From assembly GCA_051652765.1 (NCBI GenBank), contig JBOFUV010000012.1, positions 1-16,659 on the forward strand: 16,659 nucleotides of DNA, read 5' to 3'. Source of the stretch: Microcoleaceae cyanobacterium (GTDB lineage Bacteria; Cyanobacteriota; Cyanobacteriia; Cyanobacteriales; Microcoleaceae). Below, in pieces: positions 1 to 8,136 of the stretch. The notes under the pieces are model-generated. The model ran no database searches. It had not been told where the DNA came from and saw only the letters and a program-made list of their open reading frames with translations. How positions within the stretch are numbered: position 1 is the stretch's first letter; every line of letters starts with the position of its first letter. Both the position numbers and the translations under genes were made by a program.

Positions 1-199
1 ATTTTTCACAAAAAGCCGCCAATTTTTCTGGAGTTATGTTCAGTCGTTGATAAACCTGTTGTATTGGCATCACATAGCCCGCAATATCCACCTCCCGGCG
101 ATCGCCGTATTCATCATACTTGCCCTCCCACACCAACTCTGTCCGGAGTTGCGACAACAGGTGAGGATTGTAGGGGTCGTTGGTGGGTTCTGGGGTCAT
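1..199 (-). CDS. MNT (minimal nucleotidyltransferase) antitoxin with repeated N-terminal leader, copy 3; runs off the window edge
   Basis: Not in the ORF track. Manual translation from ATG 199: MTPEPTNDPYNPHLLSQLRTELVWEGKYDEYGDRREVDIAGYVMPIQQVYQRLNITPEKLAAFCEK, paralogous to the two complete MNT genes. The start overlaps the HEPN stop (ATGA). Confidence 0.85.
   Translation of the reverse strand, partial: MTPEPTNDPYNPHLLSQLRTELVWEGKYDEYGDRREVDIAGYVMPIQQVYQRLNITPEKLAAFCEK
104..197. repeat. Leader repeat core, copy C (94 bp)
   Basis: By manual alignment 91/94 identical to 899-992 and 82/94 identical to 1438-1531; similarity extends further toward about position 46. Confidence 0.95.
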
Positions 200-534
200 A
201 GGGTCTCTCCTAGTAACAACCTAAGTGATTCTAGGAGGGGTGGCAGGTCAGTTTGGACGACATCCCACACAGTTTCAATATCGATGCGATCGTATTGATG
301 GACAAGAACATCTCGCATTCCTGCAATACTCTGCCAATCAACCGCTGGATGAGCAGTTCTAAAATTCTTTGATAGCCGCTTTGTTGCTTCTCCCAGAATG
401 ATAATAAAGTAAAGAATTGCAGCTTGCTTTTCTTGATTTGTTGACAGTTCTTGAAAGCTAACTCGATCCATTGAAAGCATAATACTTTCTCCTGCCAGAA
501 TCATATCTTCAATTGTTTCTCTATCTCTTGACAT
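196..534 (-). CDS. HEPN/DUF86 ribonuclease toxin (HepT-like)
   Basis: 112 aa with an RX4HXY motif (GMRDVLVHQYD), GEA..L and the P.VDW..IAGMR signature; overlaps the end of the upstream MNT gene. Confidence 0.93.
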   Translation of the reverse strand: MSRDRETIEDMILAGESIMLSMDRVSFQELSTNQEKQAAILYFIIILGEATKRLSKNFRTAHPAVDWQSIAGMRDVLVHQYDRIDIETVWDVVQTDLPPLLESLRLLLGETL

Positions 535-1003
535 AAATAATTCGCGCCGAGTCTAATATATGCTTCTTTCTAATCGAGTTATGACTATTTAATACTTCAG
601 CCTTCATTACTACATCAACATCACGCCCCAATAGTTCTTCCAACTCAATTTTCATTCTCGCTCGTCGTAATAAACTCTTGTTTGCACCAAAACCATAGCT
701 AAAGAGAATATCAATATCACTAGGGTCAGCGCCATTAATGCGAAAGTCATCCCGAAGAATCGACCCAAATAGTGCGAATTCAGCCAAGTTCCACCTTTCA
801 CAAAATGCAATAATTTCTTCAACGGTTGTGTTGAGACGTTGATAGATTTTGTCTGTCTGCATCACACAGTCCGTAATATCCTCCACCTCGTAGTGGTTGC
901 CGTATTCATCATACTTGCCCTCCCACACCAACTCTGTCTGGAGTTGCGACAACAGGTGAGGGTTGTAGGGATCGTTGGTGGGTTCTGGGGTCGTGGGAGT
1001 CAT
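521..1003 (-). CDS. MNT antitoxin (MntA-like) with repeated N-terminal leader, copy 2
   Basis: ALFGSILRDDF...SDIDIL nucleotidyltransferase motif and ELEELLGRDVDVV; lies directly upstream of the HEPN gene. Confidence 0.92.
   Translation of the reverse strand: MTPTTPEPTNDPYNPHLLSQLQTELVWEGKYDEYGNHYEVEDITDCVMQTDKIYQRLNTTVEEIIAFCERWNLAEFALFGSILRDDFRINGADPSDIDILFSYGFGANKSLLRRARMKIELEELLGRDVDVVMKAEVLNSHNSIRKKHILDSARIIYVKR
899..992. repeat. Leader repeat core, copy B (94 bp)
   Basis: gccgtattcatcat...ggttctggggtc, 3 mismatches to 104-197. Confidence 0.95.
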
Positions 1004-1073
1004 TCTTCCAATGAGTTGAGAAAAGTCATCAGGTCAGGTAAATCATTTTATCTCTCGGCCTTTGTGGCAACAT
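1000..1073 (-). pseudogene. Internally deleted HEPN toxin remnant
   Basis: ATG 1073 gives MLPQRPRDK (cf. MSRDR of the intact HEPN, same overlap geometry). The out-of-frame tail NDLPDLMTFLNSLEE* resembles QTDLPPLLESLRLLL and ends in an ATGA overlap with the next MNT. Confidence 0.7.
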
Positions 1074-1533
1074 TATAAATAACCCTGGCAGACTCCAATA
1101 TATGCTGGCGACGAATATAGTTGGGATCAGCAAGAATGGCTGTCTTACTAACCATATCCACCTTTCGCCGTAATAAATCTTCAAGTTCAAATTTCATCCG
1201 AACTTGCAGGATTAAATTCTTACGTGCATCTTCTTCGTCAGTAAACAGCACATCCACATCACTAGGCTGCTCTCCATTCAGCCGGAAATCTTCCCGCAAC
1301 ACAGAACCAAATAAAGCGAATTCGGTCAGTCGCCATTTTTCACAAAAACTAGCAATTTGTTCAGATGTTGTGTTGAGACGTTGATAAACCTGCTGTAGCG
1401 GCGTCACACAGCCCGCAATATCCCCCTCACAGTGGTTGCCGTATTCATCATGCTTACCCTCCCACGCCAGTTCTGTCCGCATCTGCGACAACGAATGAGG
1501 ATTGTAGGAGTCGTTGGTGGGTTCTGGGGTCAT
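1048..1533 (-). CDS. MNT antitoxin with repeated N-terminal leader, copy 1
   Basis: ALFGSVLREDF...SDVDVL motif. Start moved from 1599 to ATG 1533 because it matches the paralogue starts, has AGGA upstream, and 1561-1597 is a terminator. Confidence 0.92.
   Translation of the reverse strand: MTPEPTNDSYNPHSLSQMRTELAWEGKHDEYGNHCEGDIAGCVTPLQQVYQRLNTTSEQIASFCEKWRLTEFALFGSVLREDFRLNGEQPSDVDVLFTDEEDARKNLILQVRMKFELEDLLRRKVDMVSKTAILADPNYIRRQHILESARVIYNVATKAER
1438..1531. repeat. Leader repeat core, copy A (94 bp)
   Basis: 12 mismatches to 104-197, no indels. Confidence 0.95.
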
Positions 1534-1560
1534 GATATTAGTCCTGTGGGAACAACTCAC

Positions 1561-1597
1561 AAAAAACGGGCTAGCCCCGTTACAGTGGCTAACCCGC
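1561..1597 (-). terminator. Rho-independent terminator of the ycf46-ycf35 operon
   Basis: Minus strand CGGGTTAGCC-N10-GGCTAGCCCG followed by T6, about 25 bp after the ycf35 stop. Confidence 0.8.
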
Positions 1598-1621
1598 AAG
1601 CTTTAAAACGCTCAAAAGAAA

Positions 1622-1972
1622 TTACTGAACGATCAACTTGACGTTGGCATTCTGTAAACCACGCTGCTTAACTTCAGACAGAGTCTTGTTCACGGCATAC
1701 TTTTGGTTGATAGCGTTGATCAACTCAGTCTGGTTGTGCTTCTTCGCAACACCCCAAAGGTCAGCGATCAGATCGAAGGTGCCATCACTATTGCGAGACC
1801 AACCTAGATCATACTCGCCATCCAAAACTGCAACCAAATCAGCCCGAACGCGCTGACCGTTGTAGCCACGAACATCAGCATTGGTCTTGGCAGAGATGCC
1901 AAGGTCGCGTAGAGATGCCTTCAGAGTTTCAGCATCGGTGATCTTAGTGCGTAATGTGCTAAAATGAGACAT
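1622..1972 (-). CDS. ycf35: DUF1257 / Ycf35 family protein
   Basis: MSHFSTLRTKI N-terminus, YDLGWSRN.DG.FDLIADLW, QKYA; GGAGG RBS at 1981-1985; lies downstream of ycf46. Confidence 0.9.
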   Translation of the reverse strand: MSHFSTLRTKITDAETLKASLRDLGISAKTNADVRGYNGQRVRADLVAVLDGEYDLGWSRNSDGTFDLIADLWGVAKKHNQTELINAINQKYAVNKTLSEVKQRGLQNANVKLIVQ

Positions 1973-2130
1973 TTGGGTATCCTCCTAGGACAGAAAACGA
2001 AACAACGGTTTGGACTAAAGGTGCTACTGAATTGCAATGACTCTGCAAAAAAAGTAGCGACTGTTTTGAGAAACTGCTAGCAATAGGAAGGTTGCTAGCC
2101 TTGCCTCCTGTTTGGACCAGGAGAAAGCTT

Positions 2131-3651
2131 TTAGAACTCCAATCGCTGATACTCAGCAACTGAAGATGCAGCTGGCCGCGCTCGCTGACGTGCCCAATCT
2201 CGTAGGGCTGCGATTTGCTCGCTCATCGTCTTTGACAGCGGTTGCGTCGATTTAATCGCGGCAATAATATCTAGCTGCGTAAACTCTCGATCTTGAGCAA
2301 AAGCTTCATACATAGCAGCAATGACAGCTTGCTCGATCTCTGCCCCAGAGAACCCCTCTGATACAGTAGAAAGTTGATCCAAATCGAAGCGGGCAATCTC
2401 TGAACGACGCTTCGATAAATGAATTCCAAAAATATCTTGACGCTCTTCCTTCGTGGGCAAGTCTACAAAGAAAAGCTCATCAAACCGCCCCTTTCTCAAA
2501 AACTCTCCAGGGAGGCGTTCAACTCGGTTAGCAGTTGCCATCACAAACACAGGGGAAGTTTTCTCCTGCATCCAAGTCAAAAAAGAGCCAAAGATCCGAC
2601 TGGACGTTCCACCATCAGAATCTGCAGAACCCGCCCCTCCAGCAAAAGACTTATCTAGTTCATCGATAAAAAGAACTACAGGAGAGATAGATTCAGCCGT
2701 CTTGAGAGCGTTCCGTAAGTTTGCTTCTGAGCGGCCCACTGTAGAGCCATCATAAACTCGGCCCATGTCCAGTCGCAGCAAAGGCAAACCCCACAGCCGT
2801 GACGTAGTCTTTGCAATCAATGACTTACCGCATCCAGGAACTCCTAAAATTAACATCCCCTTGGGTTGAGGTAGACCATACTCCCTGGCTCGCTCGGTGA
2901 ATGCATTTGAGCGCTGCCTGAGCCATCTCTTCAACTCCTCCAAACCACCAACGGAATCAATGGTTTCATCAACCTCAATGTATTCCAGAATCCCATTCCG
3001 CCGAATCAGTTGCTTCTTCTCCGTCAAGACAATGTCAACTTCAGATTCAGTGAGCTGCTTCCGAGTGACATAGGACTTGCGATAAACCTTTTCTGCTTCG
3101 TCCCGAGTTAAGCCCAGAGCTGCTTTCAACAACTTCTCACGGGCCTCAGTTGTAACCTTCCGCGTCCGGGCCTTTTCAAGTTGAGTTGAGAGTACCTGCC
3201 CCAACTCTTCCATAGTCGGCAGCGGAAAATCAAGCACAACAACTTCCTTCTCCAACTCAATCGGGATGGCATGAACAGGAGACATTAGAATAATGGCCTT
3301 GCTAGTCCCTCTAAAGCTTGCCACAGCATCCCGAAGACACCGAGTGACCTCTGGAGAATCTTTGAACGGATGCAAATCCTTGAAAACGTAGATGCTACCC
3401 CCGCCATTTGGCTCCCGATGCCGAATGACCCACTCAATGGCCGCCTGAGGAGATACCGTGTTAGACTGAACTGCGGTTCGAGGCTGATCGCACTTCACCA
3501 AACCCCGAGTCAATGTCCAAATGTAGACTTCTCGTTGACGCTCTACTTGAGCAATCCTAGCAATGGTTTGCTCAGATCGCTCTTCCTCAGACGTAATGAG
3601 GTAGATCAGAGGATACTGAGACTCTATTAAGATACTAAGTTCTTCGTGCAT
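2131..3651 (-). CDS. ycf46: Ycf46 family AAA+ ATPase (Synechocystis Slr0374-like)
   Basis: Walker A GVPGCGKS, Walker B LFIDELDK, second region of homology ATANRVERLPGEFLRKGRFD; degenerate N-terminal AAA domain (YPLIYLITSEEER). Confidence 0.93.
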   Translation of the reverse strand: MHEELSILIESQYPLIYLITSEEERSEQTIARIAQVERQREVYIWTLTRGLVKCDQPRTAVQSNTVSPQAAIEWVIRHREPNGGGSIYVFKDLHPFKDSPEVTRCLRDAVASFRGTSKAIILMSPVHAIPIELEKEVVVLDFPLPTMEELGQVLSTQLEKARTRKVTTEAREKLLKAALGLTRDEAEKVYRKSYVTRKQLTESEVDIVLTEKKQLIRRNGILEYIEVDETIDSVGGLEELKRWLRQRSNAFTERAREYGLPQPKGMLILGVPGCGKSLIAKTTSRLWGLPLLRLDMGRVYDGSTVGRSEANLRNALKTAESISPVVLFIDELDKSFAGGAGSADSDGGTSSRIFGSFLTWMQEKTSPVFVMATANRVERLPGEFLRKGRFDELFFVDLPTKEERQDIFGIHLSKRRSEIARFDLDQLSTVSEGFSGAEIEQAVIAAMYEAFAQDREFTQLDIIAAIKSTQPLSKTMSEQIAALRDWARQRARPAASSVAEYQRLEF

Positions 3652-3762
3652 AATCCTCGATCAGGTTAGAGACGATACAACATTGAGACAATACAACATC
3701 CGAGAAGGTTACCCAGAAGACAGAAAGCACTCTAAGTTCCAACAACCTCTACCGACAAGGCT

Positions 3763-4113
3763 TTACCGACAAGGAACTAGGCTCTCTTCCCCAGGACAAG
3801 TTGGGGTAACATCAGGCCGTGCAGGCTGCAACTCAAGCTCATCCTCCATAAGAACATTGGGCTGAACGCTCAGGGAAGCTAACTCTCCCTCCTTCATCAC
3901 AACAGAACTCGTACATTCAGGGCATGAATACACCCGGTGAGTCTGACCACTAACGGCTTCTAGCTCATCAACAACCTCAGGGTTACTGAGATAGAACGTA
4001 ATGGCCCTCTCGGCAATCACAGACATCGGCTCCGATTCAACTGCGGCTTTGATCTTAAGTTTGCGGTGCAGCTGAGGGGAGAGGTATAACGTTACCTTTT
4101 GCTTACTTTGCAT
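3763..4113 (-). CDS. Conserved cyanobacterial protein with ribbon-helix-helix-like N-terminus (Slr0373-like), first gene of the ycf46 operon
   Basis: KQKVTLYLSPQLHRKLKIKAA...MS.IAERAI is an RHH-like pattern; also carries a CPEC motif; operon position fits. Confidence 0.78.
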   Translation of the reverse strand: MQSKQKVTLYLSPQLHRKLKIKAAVESEPMSVIAERAITFYLSNPEVVDELEAVSGQTHRVYSCPECTSSVVMKEGELASLSVQPNVLMEDELELQPARPDVTPTCPGEESLVPCR

Positions 4114-4148
4114 AGGACAGTGAACTTGTGTACCCGGGTATGTACTTT

Positions 4149-4200
4149 AAGATAATGATCCGGTCTGAGAATGTCAAGACAGCATCCTGTCAAGACAGCA
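4149..4200 (-). promoter_or_regulatory. Sigma70-type promoter with a 13-bp direct repeat over the -35 box
   Basis: Minus strand TTGACA (4177-4172), 17-bp spacer, TATCTT (4154-4149); TGTCAAGACAGCA at 4172-4184 and 4188-4200. Confidence 0.7.
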
Positions 4201-4590
4201 ATACTGTAATATTCCGTTACATTAAAATTGACTGATTTGAGTTCGATTGATTAGTGAAATGGCTAGAATCGTTGCTATGCAGGCTTTAGATGCCTTCGAT
4301 CCCTTGATCTGGGCAAAAGAAATAACTATAGTAATCATACATAGGGGTTGACTAGAAGAATGGGTACTTTTTTGTAGCTGATGATACGTAGTATATCTGT
4401 GGAAAGCCACACCTAAGCTTTGATTAGAGATTGGAAAAAGTGCCTGAGTCCTGAGCTAGACAGATATTTGACCTCATTCATCAGTTGGCCCAAGTCTGTT
4501 TTAAGTTGCTCAGGGGATGTTACTTAAGTTTTTATTCTTCTAGAATGGATCAATTCATAAATTCCTTCATTGCTCTGGTTTGTCTGTGCT

Positions 4591-6591
4591 ATGCGTGATC
4601 TTGTTCTAGACGTTAAGAATCTTCAGGTTCAATTTCAAACTGATGAAAACAGAATTAAAGCAATAAACGACATCTCATTTCAGGTGCGGCGGGGACGAAC
4701 GTTAGGGATTGTTGGCGAGTCTGGTTCGGGAAAATCGGTGACCGCTCTTGCCATTATGGGATTACTCTTTCCCGCAAATGCTCAAGTCAGAGGAGAAATT
4801 CTGTTTCGGTTGAGTCATGCCAATCCATCTGCCCCAGATCCACTCGATCAATTGATAGGTTTTGTGAATCTGCTTCAACTCTCGGAACAAGAGAAGCAAG
4901 CTTATCGAGGGGGGCAAGTTGCTATGATTTTTCAGGAACCAATGAGTTCTTTGAACCCGGTTTATACCATTGGCTTCCAACTCACGGAGGCGATTCGGCA
5001 ACACCAGCAGATTTTACCTCAACAAGCCCTTTGGAGAGCGGCATCTCTCTTACAAGAAGTTAAGCTGTTACCCAGTGATAGGGATCTAGAAATGTTGGTG
5101 ACTCAGGACTATCACCACCATCATCCTGGGGTCAAGGACGGTACCAACCCCGAACTGTCTCAGGAGGCCAGACGCGCCATCCAAGCTCAAGTCAATGCCC
5201 GGAAACAGGAAATCCTGAACCGCTATCCCCATGAACTTTCTGGAGGGCAACTACAACGGGTGATGATTGCGATCGCGATTTCCTGCAATCCCACCCTGTT
5301 GATCGCAGATGAACCCACCACTGCTTTAGACGTTACCGTTCAAGCGACGATTCTAGACCTGTTACAAGAACTCTGCGATCGCCGAGGGATGGCGATGATC
5401 TTTATTACCCATGATCTGGGGGTGATTGCTGAGGTTGCAGACACCGTGGCGGTCATGTATCGGGGCAAAATTGTGGAGTTAGGGGATTTGAAACAGATTT
5501 TCCTGCGTCCCCAACACCCATATACCAAGGGATTACTTGCGTGCCGACCCGCCCCAGACTTGAACGTCAAACGCCTCCCTACCGTTTCTGACTATATGGA
5601 GGTTGTAATCACTGCAACCGGGGACTTCGAGATTCAAGAAAAACCCGGCGTGATTGCTGAAGCGTCAACGCTTCTAACAGTACCGAGTTCAACGGCGATC
5701 GCCACAATAGGTTCAAACCTGTCAAAAAATGGGTCAGAATCGGAGCCATTACTGTCCGTTCACAACCTCCGAGTTGGGTTCAGAGTTCCAGGAGTATTTG
5801 GGAAAACTCGGCAACTGTTTATGGCGGTCAATGACGTTTCCTTTGCCGTTTATCCGGGGGAAACCTTGGGGCTTGTGGGGGAATCAGGCTGTGGCAAGAG
5901 CACCCTGTCTAGAGCCTTATTGCAGTTAATTCCTCCCTTGGGTGGTCAGGTCATTTTTGAAGGAGAAAACATTACGGCTCCACACTTGAGCCTTTCAATG
6001 GCTAATGTCTTCAAAAATCATCAACTTCAACGGAAATATGCCCGTAGAATGCGAGGGTTGCGCCGAGACATGCAGATTATTTTTCAAGATCCCTTCAGTT
6101 CCCTTGATCCCCGCATCACCGTGGGAGAGGCCATTCTGGAACCAATGGTCATTCACAATGTTGGGAAAACGGGTCGAGAACGGCAAGATCGCACCGCTTA
6201 CTTGCTGGAACGCGTGGGTTTGAAGCCTGAGTTCATCAGTCGTTACCCCCATGAGTTTTCGGGTGGGCAGCGGCAGCGGGTCTGTATTGCTCGGGCTTTA
6301 GCCTTGAATCCTAAATTTGTGATCTGTGATGAATCGGTGTCCGCCCTGGATGTTTCGGTTCAAGCTCAAGTCCTGAACCTATTGAGGGAGTTACAAACAG
6401 AGTTTGGCTTGACTTACATCTTTATTTCCCATGATTTAGGGGTAGTGAAGTTCATGAGCGATCGCATTATGGTAATGAATAAAGGCAAGATTGAAGAAAT
6501 CGGCCCAGCGGAGGATGTTTACCATCATCCTCAAACTGACTATACTCGGCAGTTGATTGCCTCAATTCCTAAAGGGAATATCTCTGATTAA
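4591..6591 (+). CDS. Peptide/nickel ABC transporter ATP-binding protein with two fused ATPase domains (DppD/DppF-like)
   Basis: Two Walker A motifs (GESGSGKS, GESGCGKS), two signature motifs (YPHELSGGQ, YPHEFSGGQ), DEPTTALD and DESVSALD, HPYT. ATG 4591 preferred over TTG 4570. Confidence 0.93.
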   Translation: MRDLVLDVKNLQVQFQTDENRIKAINDISFQVRRGRTLGIVGESGSGKSVTALAIMGLLFPANAQVRGEILFRLSHANPSAPDPLDQLIGFVNLLQLSEQEKQAYRGGQVAMIFQEPMSSLNPVYTIGFQLTEAIRQHQQILPQQALWRAASLLQEVKLLPSDRDLEMLVTQDYHHHHPGVKDGTNPELSQEARRAIQAQVNARKQEILNRYPHELSGGQLQRVMIAIAISCNPTLLIADEPTTALDVTVQATILDLLQELCDRRGMAMIFITHDLGVIAEVADTVAVMYRGKIVELGDLKQIFLRPQHPYTKGLLACRPAPDLNVKRLPTVSDYMEVVITATGDFEIQEKPGVIAEASTLLTVPSSTAIATIGSNLSKNGSESEPLLSVHNLRVGFRVPGVFGKTRQLFMAVNDVSFAVYPGETLGLVGESGCGKSTLSRALLQLIPPLGGQVIFEGENITAPHLSLSMANVFKNHQLQRKYARRMRGLRRDMQIIFQDPFSSLDPRITVGEAILEPMVIHNVGKTGRERQDRTAYLLERVGLKPEFISRYPHEFSGGQRQRVCIARALALNPKFVICDESVSALDVSVQAQVLNLLRELQTEFGLTYIFISHDLGVVKFMSDRIMVMNKGKIEEIGPAEDVYHHPQTDYTRQLIASIPKGNISD

Positions 6592-6595
6592 ACAA

Positions 6596-7717
<1,122 letters not shown>

Positions 7718-7719
7718 TT

Positions 7720-7761
7720 ACCAATCAACGGTACGCTTAACAAACTGTACCGTTGATTGGT
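7720..7761. promoter_or_regulatory. Perfect 15-bp inverted repeat upstream of frmA
   Basis: ACCAATCAACGGTAC-N12-GTACCGTTGATTGGT, with 11 bp between it and the frmA ATG. Confidence 0.6.
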
Positions 7762-7896
7762 CAATCTTGACTGGGTTAGACCTACAAAATAGTGACCTTG
7801 TTACTCAACCAGGATTGGAGCATCGGGAACTGTTTTCAGTGCAAAGCCGTGAACCAATATCCTGCAATCATGCTTTGGCTTTAATTGAACTTTCGA

Positions 7897-8136
7897 TCAC
7901 TCTTCAAATATAGTTAACGCCTTGGGTTGACATTGTTTGACATCAACTTTGATTCCCTTTGCTCGTTCCTGAAGTAAATCTTCAATATACCCACTTTGGT
8001 AAACTTTAGCCTCGCTTGAACTCACAAATGGGCCAAAAAAATAAATACAAAATGGAATAGTCGTTTGAACTTCAATCCACCATTGAAATGAGGACATTTC
8101 AGAATTATTCATACGTTGACTCCAGGACTCAATCAT
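7897..8136 (-). CDS. DUF1816 family protein
   Basis: WWIEVQT..P.C.Y.FGPF.S..EA.....GYIEDL..E.A pattern of the cyanobacterial DUF1816 family. Confidence 0.85.
   Translation of the reverse strand: MIESWSQRMNNSEMSSFQWWIEVQTTIPFCIYFFGPFVSSSEAKVYQSGYIEDLLQERAKGIKVDVKQCQPKALTIFEE

Noticed and set aside
47..298. Plus-strand ORFs 47-298, 839-1078 and 1432-1641 that resemble each other
   Set aside because: They are antisense shadows of the repeated leader; their similarity follows from the DNA repeat, and their starts and ends are not conserved.
1..1533. CRISPR array or integron attC interpretation of the repeats
   Set aside because: The repeats are over 90 bp, protein-coding, spaced 530-800 bp apart and not palindromic; no cas or integrase gene is in the window.
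1534..1599. N-terminal extension of MNT copy 1 given in the ORF track
   Set aside because: It runs through the ycf35 terminator; the paralogues start at the position equivalent to ATG 1533.
1959..2159. 66-aa ORF between ycf46 and ycf35
   Set aside because: Overlaps both neighbours, has no family resemblance, and the region is better explained by RNA hairpins.
4205..4221. Possible NtcA box
   Set aside because: Spacing is GTA-N9-TAC rather than the canonical GTA-N8-TAC.
4222..4410. 62-aa minus-strand ORF
   Set aside because: Lies in a divergent promoter region, with no recognisable motif or clear RBS.
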